DNA from: a virus
Taxonomy: Duplodnaviria; Caudoviricetes
DNA length: 64,000 bases
IMG/VR virus record: IMGVR_UViG_3300017903_002946
Location: 16,570 to 80,569 of that record
Strand: one strand, 5' to 3'
A program made the translations under genes and the position numbers. Below, one piece after another: positions 55,797 through 64,000 of the stretch. Each line of letters opens with the position of its first letter. The first letter of the stretch is position 1. The notes beneath the pieces were generated by a model. It saw only the letters and a list, made by a program, of their open reading frames with translations. It was not told the DNA's origin and did no database searches.

Positions 55797-56546
55797 ATGG
55801 CACAGTTAACCGTAGAACAGTTCAAAAACTTTTTTAAGTATTACAAACCAGAAGATCATCAAGAATTAGCTATTGAGCTTCTTTACGATAATTTGCCTCA
55901 AGATTTATTGAATGATAATACTAATTGGATCCGTCAATATCGCAATCAAGCTTTAAAACAAAAGGAAGAGACAAAGCAGTGGCCCATCACTAAAGAGCAA
56001 ATGGGTTTAATCATGAATTGTTCTACTGAAAGCATTTCTGATTCTTTGATGGATGATTTTGCTCATTGTTGTGAATTATTTGAATTTGATCAAATAAATA
56101 TTGCTTATTTTTTAGGTCAGTGCGGACATGAATCAGCAGGACTTCGTTATCCTGTTGAAATTCACGATGGATCTAATTATGAGTTTAGAAAAGACTTAAA
56201 TAATATTTATCCAGGTGATGGTGTTAAATTTGCTGGTACTGGTTGGATTCAAGTGACTGGACGTGCAAATCATCAGTCTTTTTCTGATTACTTGCAAAAG
56301 AAAGGTCAATATGATCCTAAAGTTATGGAAGTAGGTAAGACCTATTCAAGCGAAAAATATCCTTGGTCAATTTCAGGTTTTTGGTGGATGAACCGTGGCA
56401 TGATTAGCCACTGTCAAAAACGTCCAGGTGTTGATGACGTTGGCGCTAAAGTAAATGGACGTTATCTTCCTAATGGATATGAAGACCGCAGACATTACTC
56501 ACGTAAAGCTTTTGATGTCTTAGGTCTTCCTTATCCAGGCAATTAG
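55797..56546 (+). CDS. GH19-family endolysin
   Basis: AYFLGQCGHES...DG.KF.GTGWIQVTGR.N...NG..DR..Y. Confidence 0.9.
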   Translation: MAQLTVEQFKNFFKYYKPEDHQELAIELLYDNLPQDLLNDNTNWIRQYRNQALKQKEETKQWPITKEQMGLIMNCSTESISDSLMDDFAHCCELFEFDQINIAYFLGQCGHESAGLRYPVEIHDGSNYEFRKDLNNIYPGDGVKFAGTGWIQVTGRANHQSFSDYLQKKGQYDPKVMEVGKTYSSEKYPWSISGFWWMNRGMISHCQKRPGVDDVGAKVNGRYLPNGYEDRRHYSRKAFDVLGLPYPGN

Positions 56547-57170
56547 TTATTCAAAGCTTAAAGTATCTTCACCGGCAGATCCAATAATGCCATCATTAAA
56601 GGTAATACCAGCTGAAGCAGTGCCACCACTTAAGATTATAGTATCTTGACTTTCTCCATCATCAATAGTTTCAGGTGCAGGAAGAGTTACAGGAACTTCA
56701 GGGACTGCTTCAAAACTTCCGTAATCAGCGGAAGTAATATAAGCAGCTAACTCATCTGTAGTGGTCGTTGCTTCAATAGCTTGTTCGTACTCATTACAGT
56801 AGCTACGGATTTCACTTCTACGTTCAAGTACATCAGCAGGGACTTCAACTCCAGTTTCACTGTTCCGTACGATGTACCAATCAGTAGGAGCAAGTAGAGT
56901 ACCTGCAGAATATTTGGTATTAGAAATCCACAAAGTTTTTAGACCAGTTGTGGTGTTGCCTTCTTCATCAGTAATATCCTCAAGCTGCTTAGGATTATCA
57001 ACACCCCAGTAAAAACGCTGATCGTAATACGGAGGGTTAGGAACCTCAGTAATACCAATAGCAGACTTTTCTTCCCATGAAGATAATCTTAGCCAGTTGG
57101 CGGGATATTGAATTCCTTCGTGTGTAAAAGCGCGGTCATAAGAGAGTGGCTTACCGTCTAACAAAAGCAT
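56547..57170 (-). CDS. Tail fibre assembly/accessory protein
   Basis: QYPANWLRL...DQRFYW...LLAPTDWY; follows the tail fibres. Confidence 0.65.
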   Translation of the reverse strand: MLLLDGKPLSYDRAFTHEGIQYPANWLRLSSWEEKSAIGITEVPNPPYYDQRFYWGVDNPKQLEDITDEEGNTTTGLKTLWISNTKYSAGTLLAPTDWYIVRNSETGVEVPADVLERRSEIRSYCNEYEQAIEATTTTDELAAYITSADYGSFEAVPEVPVTLPAPETIDDGESQDTIILSGGTASAGITFNDGIIGSAGEDTLSFE

Positions 57171-57202
57171 GATTTTCTTGTCTTAATACTATAATTTTAG
57201 CG

Positions 57203-60200
57203 TTATCTAGCACGAGCGGTTTTGAAAGGATTTTCAGCAAAGGCGGCATATATATAAGTTTGACTACTTACTCCGTTCACCTCTGTACCGTTATATCTAA
57301 TCTTAAAACCGTTTGAAAGAATATCTAACCATGTTCCAGCAGTTCCAGATCCCACACCGCGAGTACCTTCAATACTAGCCTTATTTGCAAATAAACCTGC
57401 ATCAGACACGTTGTAAGTATCTCTTTCGGAGTCAACTATCAACCAAGAAGCATATGTCATATCGCCAGCGTTAGACGAGGCTTTAATCATAATAAATTTA
57501 GGGCGCATACCAGTAAACACAAACGGACCATCTGCGCTGCCGTTGGCGGTGTAGCTGCCGAAACTAGAGTACCCATCTACTGGGGCAAAGCAGTAATAAA
57601 TTACGTCGGCGTTAGTGTTTGCATGTAAATACCCAGGGTCAGCACTTATGACTAAAGAAGTAGGCTCAGAAACATTCCAAGTGTTGTCAGTTGCTTTTGC
57701 ATTGGTTCCATTTAAGCGAAGGTAACTGCCGCTCATGTCACCCAGCCCGGAATGATGCACATACCAAGGCGATGCAGCACTTATATTTTTTTCAATGATC
57801 ATTTCTGGCTTAGCATTCAGCCCATGACCTACGGTATCTCCGTCTGCGTCAGCATCTGCGGTTACAGAAACAATTGAAAACCCAGCAGCCGGATTGGCGC
57901 GGACGGTTGAAGCGATTGACGGGACATTTGGTACAGTTGTCCCTGTGTCAACAAGAGTTTGATTGCCAATTTGAACTCTGACTGGTAGATAGTCGCCTGT
58001 AATTTCTACACTCGCAACACTTGAACTCCAGTTGAATCCAGTATCCTGCATTTCCTGCCCATTGCCTGTCCAAGGAAGACTGAATGTTCCAAGAGTTGTC
58101 CCGTAGGAATCCTTAAAGGTGATTCCAAGAGTAAGGGTCGTATTGTTGGCTAAATAAACGCGACCTGACAAGTTTGAATAGGCCGCGTCAGTAGTTGTCC
58201 AAGTGCAAGTGCCTGTGTAAGAACCATAGCCGTAGGTCCAGTCAAACATCTTGCCCTGGTTGGCAAGGCTAGTTGCCGACAGGTCACTACTCCAGGTTCT
58301 GCTTGAAGCGTAAATAGAGCTATTCAGGCTGCCAGCAGTAATCGTCGTGGTGGCATTACCTGCGTCCCAGGCCCAGGCGACATAAGTTTTGGAGGACTCA
58401 TCAAACCAAAGGCGGCCGCTTCCGCTTTGCTCCCAAGTAATAGAAGAAGCTGCGGTGCTCTTTATACGACCAGCATCTGAGGTTCCTAAATAGTCTGTAA
58501 TTAAAGCATTGGATGCACCGAATCCTCTTACACTGTCAAAGAGAATATTATGATAGGCGTGGTTTCTAGTTTTTGACCAAACCAAATCAGGCGCATCAGA
58601 GAGATTTAGACCAGTAATTGTTTTATCTCCAGAGCCACCAGCACCGGACCACGTAACTATATCAAACGCCGTCGAACCATCGGCAATCGTTGGGTCCGAT
58701 AAATTCGTTGTGCAGAGTGCTTTGTAACCGCTGGGGGCGGTGTAGGTGAAGGGACGTTGTCCAAAGTTGTAAGAATCAGCACCTATTTGGTTGTACAGCC
58801 AGTGTGTTGGACTTATATTTTTACCTGTTAGACCAGAAGTAGCTTGCCCAAGGCTTGTACCATCCTTGTAAAAAGTAAGCGTCCCATTATCCATGTCGAG
58901 AGCAACACCAATAACTGATCCAGACGCAGACGTGTCTCCATTCGTGTAAGAAATTGTGTTACTAGCGTTGTAGACCTTTCCGTCATAAGGATAAAAGCCG
59001 ACGAATTCATCACTATTACTCGCCCAGTTATTGCTACCACTTGCCATCTGATACACATCTGTGCAAATGCCAATCGTTGAGTATTCATCATTCCCAAGGG
59101 TGACTTCCCAATACCATTTACCAGAAGACACAAACATTGTGCTTCGGTACATAGCCCACGCAGAAGGGGTTTGCTTAATATCTAAGTTGCCATTAGAAAG
59201 CTCTCCATTGCTCGATTGACGGTCAAGCGGGTTTAACGTCGCATAGTTACCACGTACTTCACCACCCGCGCCAGTGTCATTGCCGTAGTTCGTCGGCGTG
59301 TCTACAAGGCTGTCGTTGTCAGAAATGTAAACAATCTGACCATCTACTTCTATTGCTGAGACGCCAAACGCACCAAAGCTATTTGTTGTACGAGTCCAGT
59401 CAATTCTTGTAAAGGGGGATCCTATGCTTGTGAAGTCATACCATCCCGTATATGTAGCAAACGTAGGAGTTACATTCGTCGTACCCCCCGTGAAACGAAA
59501 GACGGTCCCACCAAATCTATCCATGTCCGCATGAGTCGTTATATAGCACCTAAGAGAAGACGTAAAAGGTATTGAAAATATGGCAGCGCAGCTTTGGCCG
59601 TTTTGGCACGTTGCAAATGTAGATGTATCGTTGTCAAACAACTGTGAAGCCGGTGTGTTGAATGATCCTGTAGTGGAGTAACTTGGGCCAACTACTGTTG
59701 TGATGCCAAAGTTATTAACAGTCCAATCATTCCCATTCCCACTAGTGTCCGTCCCTAATGCGGCGATGGTGCTGTTATCGCTGAAAGGAAGGTGGAAGCC
59801 ATTTACGCCTGCAGTATTCGTCGAATCAACTAAAACACTTCCATCAACCTCAATTGCATAAATAGCAGCCATATAGCCAGCACCAATTCCATTCAGTGAA
59901 ATTGAAGATAGTGTTCCACTGCCAGACAACACGGTGTACCATTTTTTGTTAGTGCTACCAAGACCTACATTATCTGTGACTCCAGTGATACTTGTGTTGT
60001 TTGCTTTAATGTCAGGATTTGGTGTAGAACGCGTGTCAAAATCAGCGTAAATTCTTACCGAGTTAGAATAAGAAATAGGATTTGCAAACGTGTAAACACT
60101 ATACACTGCGTTGGCTCCACCTGCGAGTGTAGCATTACTTAGAGATGCGCTGGAGCCATAAACCCCATCGAACATACCTGTGGTCGGATAGGAGGAGTTT

Positions 60201-60898
60201 TCGTTTGTTATTGTCTGGTTAGAGTAAACTGTACCTGCAGTTGTGTTATAGTTTCCAGTAAACTTCTTCGGTTGCCATACATTGTTATCGTCAAACTCAC
60301 CGAAGCTGGTGGGGTCTAACGCTTGACCGTCGATGAAGTGAACGTCGGCTAGATAGCCGTCAAAATAGGCTGTGAAATTAGGACTGTAGGAAATACCATG
60401 TGCTTCTGTTGAGTTAATACGAAAGTCAAAATTTTGAGAAGGGTAAGTTGCTGTTCCAAAAGAATCTAATTGTTGTCCATTTACGTATAACTTTACTCGA
60501 TCAGATGAAGTGCTTTGTGTGCTATCGACACTCAGAACAATATGATACCAAGCTGAAATGTCTCGAAAAACAGCACTCGATATTAAATTAAATTGAACGG
60601 AAGAAGAACCATTATTTCCTTGAAATATCAAATTATCGCTAGTACCAAAAAATAAACTTGCATAATTATCTCCAGCAACATTAGAAGTAGCAAATAAGTA
60701 TTGATTAGTGCTATTGCCGGGCTTGCTCCGCTTGCACCAACCTGACCAAGTGAAAGTCCGGCGATTACCTACAGACGACGGAGTTCTACTTAGATATGCA
60801 CTGTCAGCGCTATTAAAACGCAAGCTGCGTTCAATTTCGTAACCGGCACCTCCTTGTCCAGAAGCGCCTGCGAGAATATTACTTCCTACGAAACTCAT
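57203..60898 (-). CDS. Tail fibre with LamG/ConA-like and SPRY-like domains
   Basis: 1231 aa; SLRFNSADSAYL...WYHIV; SSGKWYWE...IGVALDMD. Confidence 0.85.
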   Translation of the reverse strand: MSFVGSNILAGASGQGGAGYEIERSLRFNSADSAYLSRTPSSVGNRRTFTWSGWCKRSKPGNSTNQYLFATSNVAGDNYASLFFGTSDNLIFQGNNGSSSVQFNLISSAVFRDISAWYHIVLSVDSTQSTSSDRVKLYVNGQQLDSFGTATYPSQNFDFRINSTEAHGISYSPNFTAYFDGYLADVHFIDGQALDPTSFGEFDDNNVWQPKKFTGNYNTTAGTVYSNQTITNENSSYPTTGMFDGVYGSSASLSNATLAGGANAVYSVYTFANPISYSNSVRIYADFDTRSTPNPDIKANNTSITGVTDNVGLGSTNKKWYTVLSGSGTLSSISLNGIGAGYMAAIYAIEVDGSVLVDSTNTAGVNGFHLPFSDNSTIAALGTDTSGNGNDWTVNNFGITTVVGPSYSTTGSFNTPASQLFDNDTSTFATCQNGQSCAAIFSIPFTSSLRCYITTHADMDRFGGTVFRFTGGTTNVTPTFATYTGWYDFTSIGSPFTRIDWTRTTNSFGAFGVSAIEVDGQIVYISDNDSLVDTPTNYGNDTGAGGEVRGNYATLNPLDRQSSNGELSNGNLDIKQTPSAWAMYRSTMFVSSGKWYWEVTLGNDEYSTIGICTDVYQMASGSNNWASNSDEFVGFYPYDGKVYNASNTISYTNGDTSASGSVIGVALDMDNGTLTFYKDGTSLGQATSGLTGKNISPTHWLYNQIGADSYNFGQRPFTYTAPSGYKALCTTNLSDPTIADGSTAFDIVTWSGAGGSGDKTITGLNLSDAPDLVWSKTRNHAYHNILFDSVRGFGASNALITDYLGTSDAGRIKSTAASSITWEQSGSGRLWFDESSKTYVAWAWDAGNATTTITAGSLNSSIYASSRTWSSDLSATSLANQGKMFDWTYGYGSYTGTCTWTTTDAAYSNLSGRVYLANNTTLTLGITFKDSYGTTLGTFSLPWTGNGQEMQDTGFNWSSSVASVEITGDYLPVRVQIGNQTLVDTGTTVPNVPSIASTVRANPAAGFSIVSVTADADADGDTVGHGLNAKPEMIIEKNISAASPWYVHHSGLGDMSGSYLRLNGTNAKATDNTWNVSEPTSLVISADPGYLHANTNADVIYYCFAPVDGYSSFGSYTANGSADGPFVFTGMRPKFIMIKASSNAGDMTYASWLIVDSERDTYNVSDAGLFANKASIEGTRGVGSGTAGTWLDILSNGFKIRYNGTEVNGVSSQTYIYAAFAENPFKTARAR

Positions 60899-61602
60899 GA
60901 GTAGTTTAGGGTAGCGACTGCGTGAATAGATGTAGCACTACGAACGACATAGTCGATCCGATCAATTTGACTAGCACCCGTGGATAAAACTGGTGCGCTT
61001 CCGCTTACCCAGTCCCAATAAGACCCCCAATTCAAGGTTCTTGAACCAGAACTATCTTGCGAAATAAAAATAGAGCCTGATTGACCAGCAGTAATATTGC
61101 TGGGATTTGCAATTGTTCTATTACCTCCCAATGTTACAGAAAAATTATTTGAATCATTTAAATCTGGAGTAATAGTAGCTCCATCAGTTAAAACTGTAAT
61201 TTCAGCCCGTTGGCCTGCAGTCCAAGTGTTTGCAACTGAAAGAGAAACTCCGCCAGATGGGCTGCTCCACGATAAAACACCACTGCCATTAGTCGTTAGA
61301 AACTGATTATTAGTACCTGTATTATTTGGCAGAGTTAATGTATATGTAGCACCTGCACTATGTGGAGGACCTTTGATTTTTACTCCGTGAGAATTATTCT
61401 CACAATTTAGAGTTAGTTCGCCTGATCCATTGGTTGTATCACCTTTAACAACAACAGCTCCATCAAAGTTAACATCACCTGTAAAGGTCGCACCAGTAAG
61501 CTGCGCATAACCTGTGAGGCTAAGTGAATTTACTGCTAGTTCAACATCACTTCCGCTATTGTCATAAACCAAAGTATCGACTTTAATTTTCCCGTAAGCC
61601 AT
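60895..61602 (-). CDS. Tail fibre/tail accessory protein
   Basis: 235 aa; ends with the TIANPSN...SGSIF..QD..GSRTL.W module. Confidence 0.7.
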   Translation of the reverse strand: MAYGKIKVDTLVYDNSGSDVELAVNSLSLTGYAQLTGATFTGDVNFDGAVVVKGDTTNGSGELTLNCENNSHGVKIKGPPHSAGATYTLTLPNNTGTNNQFLTTNGSGVLSWSSPSGGVSLSVANTWTAGQRAEITVLTDGATITPDLNDSNNFSVTLGGNRTIANPSNITAGQSGSIFISQDSSGSRTLNWGSYWDWVSGSAPVLSTGASQIDRIDYVVRSATSIHAVATLNYS

Positions 61603-61671
61603 AATCAGTTACTAGGCATCAATCTCTAGATCTATTGTAGTGGATATTAATTGTATGATGTAATTTAAATG

Positions 61672-64000
61672 TTACCGCGCACGGGCGTTGCTGGCGAAGG
61701 GATGTTCAGCGAATGCGGCGTAAACGACTGTTCCTGAGCTTGGGTTGATGTTGGGATTTGAACCGCCTGCAGCACGCACTTTGAATCCATTTGAAAGAAT
61801 ATCAATCTTGTTGTTTGGCTCTGCTGTGTCTCCGTTAGCTAAACCAGGATATAACGCTGTTTCCGCAGCGTTATAGGTGGACCGAGCAGTGTCATGAATC
61901 ATGAAATACGTTCCTCCGGTGCTTTTTAATAAAATCCACCTCGGCCTAAACCCGGTATACACGAACGGACCATCTGCGCTGCCGTTGGCGGTGTAGCTGC
62001 CGAAGGCGCTGTAGCCCTCTACTGGGGCAAAGCAGTAGGCGACGTAAGTAGCTCCAGATATGTTTGATCCGCTGATGTACGGAGTAGAAAACACTGTGCT
62101 TGTTGGTGCAACCATCGTGCCACCACCGCTTCCTGAGATATTGCTTGCAGCATTAGTTGTGTTTAGGCGCAACCAATTCCCGGTGCCGGCAGAAGCGTGC
62201 CAAACAAACCAGTTACCAGTATCAATACCTCCGTTATCCCTTGACTTTCCAATAACAAGCTGCGGAGCGACACCCAAACCGTGGCCAACGGTAGGCAATG
62301 GAGATGGAGGTGAACCTGAAATCGTGCCGGAATAGCTAACCACACTAAACCCCGCACTAGGATTCGCCCTAACCGTAGAAGTGATGCTGCCATCTGTGTT
62401 GGTGACTGTTGATGACCCTGCGTCCCAGGTCCAGGCGACGTAGGCGGCCCCACTCCCGTTAGTTGTATAGTAAGTTGTACCATCAACACCAAAACCGTCG
62501 GAATTAAAGCTAGTCAAGTAATTATTTGTTATCTCACTATTAGTCCCATCGCTAAACAAGGTTTTATTTAGGCCACGAACAGTATCTTGGAGTATGTGTG
62601 AGGTCACGGCGGGGTTGGCCGTGCGCTGTTTAATCCAAACAAAATCAGGACTGAAGTCAAGCCCGCTAATGGTCTGGGTTGAACCATTACCCGTATAAGT
62701 CACAACATCCATCGCCGTCGAACCGTCGGCAATCGTTGGGTCGGGGAGATTGGCTGTACAGAGTGCTTTGTAGCCGCTGGGGGCGGTGTATGCAAAGGGG
62801 CGTTGGCCTGCGTTTAATCTCATCTGTTTAGTGCCCGTACCTCCCCCATTAATGCTAGGAAAAACACCACTTCTCAGGTCTTCCCAATTTGAATAATTGA
62901 GAGCAATACTATACTGCTGAACTCCATTCTTGTAGAACTTAACATTATTGCCGTCAATGTCAAGCGCAACGCCTATGGTATCACTATAGGAAAAAGAGGC
63001 TCCCCCTGATAGGGAGCCGCCTACACCAGAGTAAATAGGACCAGCACTCCAGTAACCATAGGAATCTGACCCGGAACCACTTATAGAGCCGGTATAGCCA
63101 ACGCCGTCCATTCCTGTAATTCCTACATATGCACTAGAATTAACTTCCCAATACCACTTGCCTGAAGACAAGAATATAGTTGCAACTAAGTTTCCGGCAT
63201 TATTGGTAGTTACATCCAAATTGCCGTTGGACAACGTGTGGGCACTTGTCTTTGTCAACGGGTTCCACGTCGCATAATTCCCCCGCACCTCACCACCAGC
63301 ACCAGTGTCTGTCTGCGTGCCATTAGTGGGGGAGTCTACGACGGAGTCGTTACCAGCTAGGTTCTGATATATCTTAAAAGTACCTACCCCTAAATAGTCA
63401 TTAGTAGGTAGCCTAATTCTTATGTATTGATAACTAGTACCTACAGTAAACTCTTGATTACTTGTCGTATTTGTGCATGTTCCAATTGAAGTGTAGGCCG
63501 AATCATCGTTAGATCCTTCAACAATTGCTCCATTGATATATCTAGCATCCCAGGTTCCATCCGCGATACCACTGTCGCCATATCCCACAACAACAGAGGC
63601 TACATGTAGAGAGCTTCCTAAATTATTTTTTATGAACGCATTTAAATTTTGATCTGTTCCCACGCCTGTATTAGGATCGTTGTCATGAAAATTACTATCA
63701 TTAGCCGCACCAGAACCTGCATAAAGAGTTGATGTTGTATAAGAACCACCAGTAACTAATACTGGGTCGAAAATTCCAATGTTATTAACCGTCCAATCAT
63801 TTCCATTCCCACTAGTGTCCGTCCCAGGCCCGGCGGCGGTGCTGGTATCGGAGAAGTCGAGGTGGAAACTATTGCTAGAAACGCTTGCGCCGTTATCAAC
63901 AAGTCGCTTCCCGTCAATCTCAAATCCATAGATAAGCATTCCCGAAGCATCACTTGATGTTTTAGTGATGACTATGGAAGTAACCGTGCCACTAAAAGAA
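61672..64000 (-). CDS. Second tail fibre paralog (partial, runs off right edge)
   Basis: Frame is open from the window end; SPRY-like domain and C-terminal YAAFAE.PF..ARAR shared with 57203..60898. Confidence 0.85.
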   Translation of the reverse strand, partial: SFSGTVTSIVITKTSSDASGMLIYGFEIDGKRLVDNGASVSSNSFHLDFSDTSTAAGPGTDTSGNGNDWTVNNIGIFDPVLVTGGSYTTSTLYAGSGAANDSNFHDNDPNTGVGTDQNLNAFIKNNLGSSLHVASVVVGYGDSGIADGTWDARYINGAIVEGSNDDSAYTSIGTCTNTTSNQEFTVGTSYQYIRIRLPTNDYLGVGTFKIYQNLAGNDSVVDSPTNGTQTDTGAGGEVRGNYATWNPLTKTSAHTLSNGNLDVTTNNAGNLVATIFLSSGKWYWEVNSSAYVGITGMDGVGYTGSISGSGSDSYGYWSAGPIYSGVGGSLSGGASFSYSDTIGVALDIDGNNVKFYKNGVQQYSIALNYSNWEDLRSGVFPSINGGGTGTKQMRLNAGQRPFAYTAPSGYKALCTANLPDPTIADGSTAMDVVTYTGNGSTQTISGLDFSPDFVWIKQRTANPAVTSHILQDTVRGLNKTLFSDGTNSEITNNYLTSFNSDGFGVDGTTYYTTNGSGAAYVAWTWDAGSSTVTNTDGSITSTVRANPSAGFSVVSYSGTISGSPPSPLPTVGHGLGVAPQLVIGKSRDNGGIDTGNWFVWHASAGTGNWLRLNTTNAASNISGSGGGTMVAPTSTVFSTPYISGSNISGATYVAYCFAPVEGYSAFGSYTANGSADGPFVYTGFRPRWILLKSTGGTYFMIHDTARSTYNAAETALYPGLANGDTAEPNNKIDILSNGFKVRAAGGSNPNINPSSGTVVYAAFAEHPFASNARAR

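Noticed and set aside
57203-64000. Diversity-generating retroelement at the tail fibres
   Set aside because: No reverse transcriptase in the window, and differences between paralogs are not adenine-specific.

Overview
The window is most of the genome of a marine cyanophage, probably infecting Synechococcus or Prochlorococcus. It carries psbA, hli, talC, a cyanophage-type class I RNR, thyX and 3 tRNAs. The layout (many Gly-rich putative ejection proteins, no tape measure or phage RNAP seen, VirE-type primase-helicase, split family A polymerase) resembles S-EIV1-like/uvMED cyanophages; that assignment is from recall, not a search. There are two opposed transcription blocks. The minus-strand late block has putative internal/ejection proteins, terminase and a partial portal at 1-15.0 kb, and small basic proteins and tail fibres at 49.6-64 kb. 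The plus-strand early/AMG/replication block spans 15.7-49.6 kb. Strongest leads: (1) three homologous ~120-140 bp iteron/AT-rich elements, one overlapping the stop codon of a compact tyrosine recombinase; (2) an NtcA-like box plus a glutamine-I riboswitch in front of a small DUF4278/GifB-like gene; (3) four apparently catalytically dead enzymes between primase and polymerase; (4) a protamine-like Arg/Lys/Met repeat protein split at an A10 run, in a genome that also encodes a SET methyltransferase and a protein kinase; (5) ~18 conserved-loop hairpins punctuating the early genes; (6) a shared R-x-A-G(E) motif in nine late-type proteins; (7) an NblA-like gene overlapping an HNH gene. All family calls rest on motif recognition by eye.
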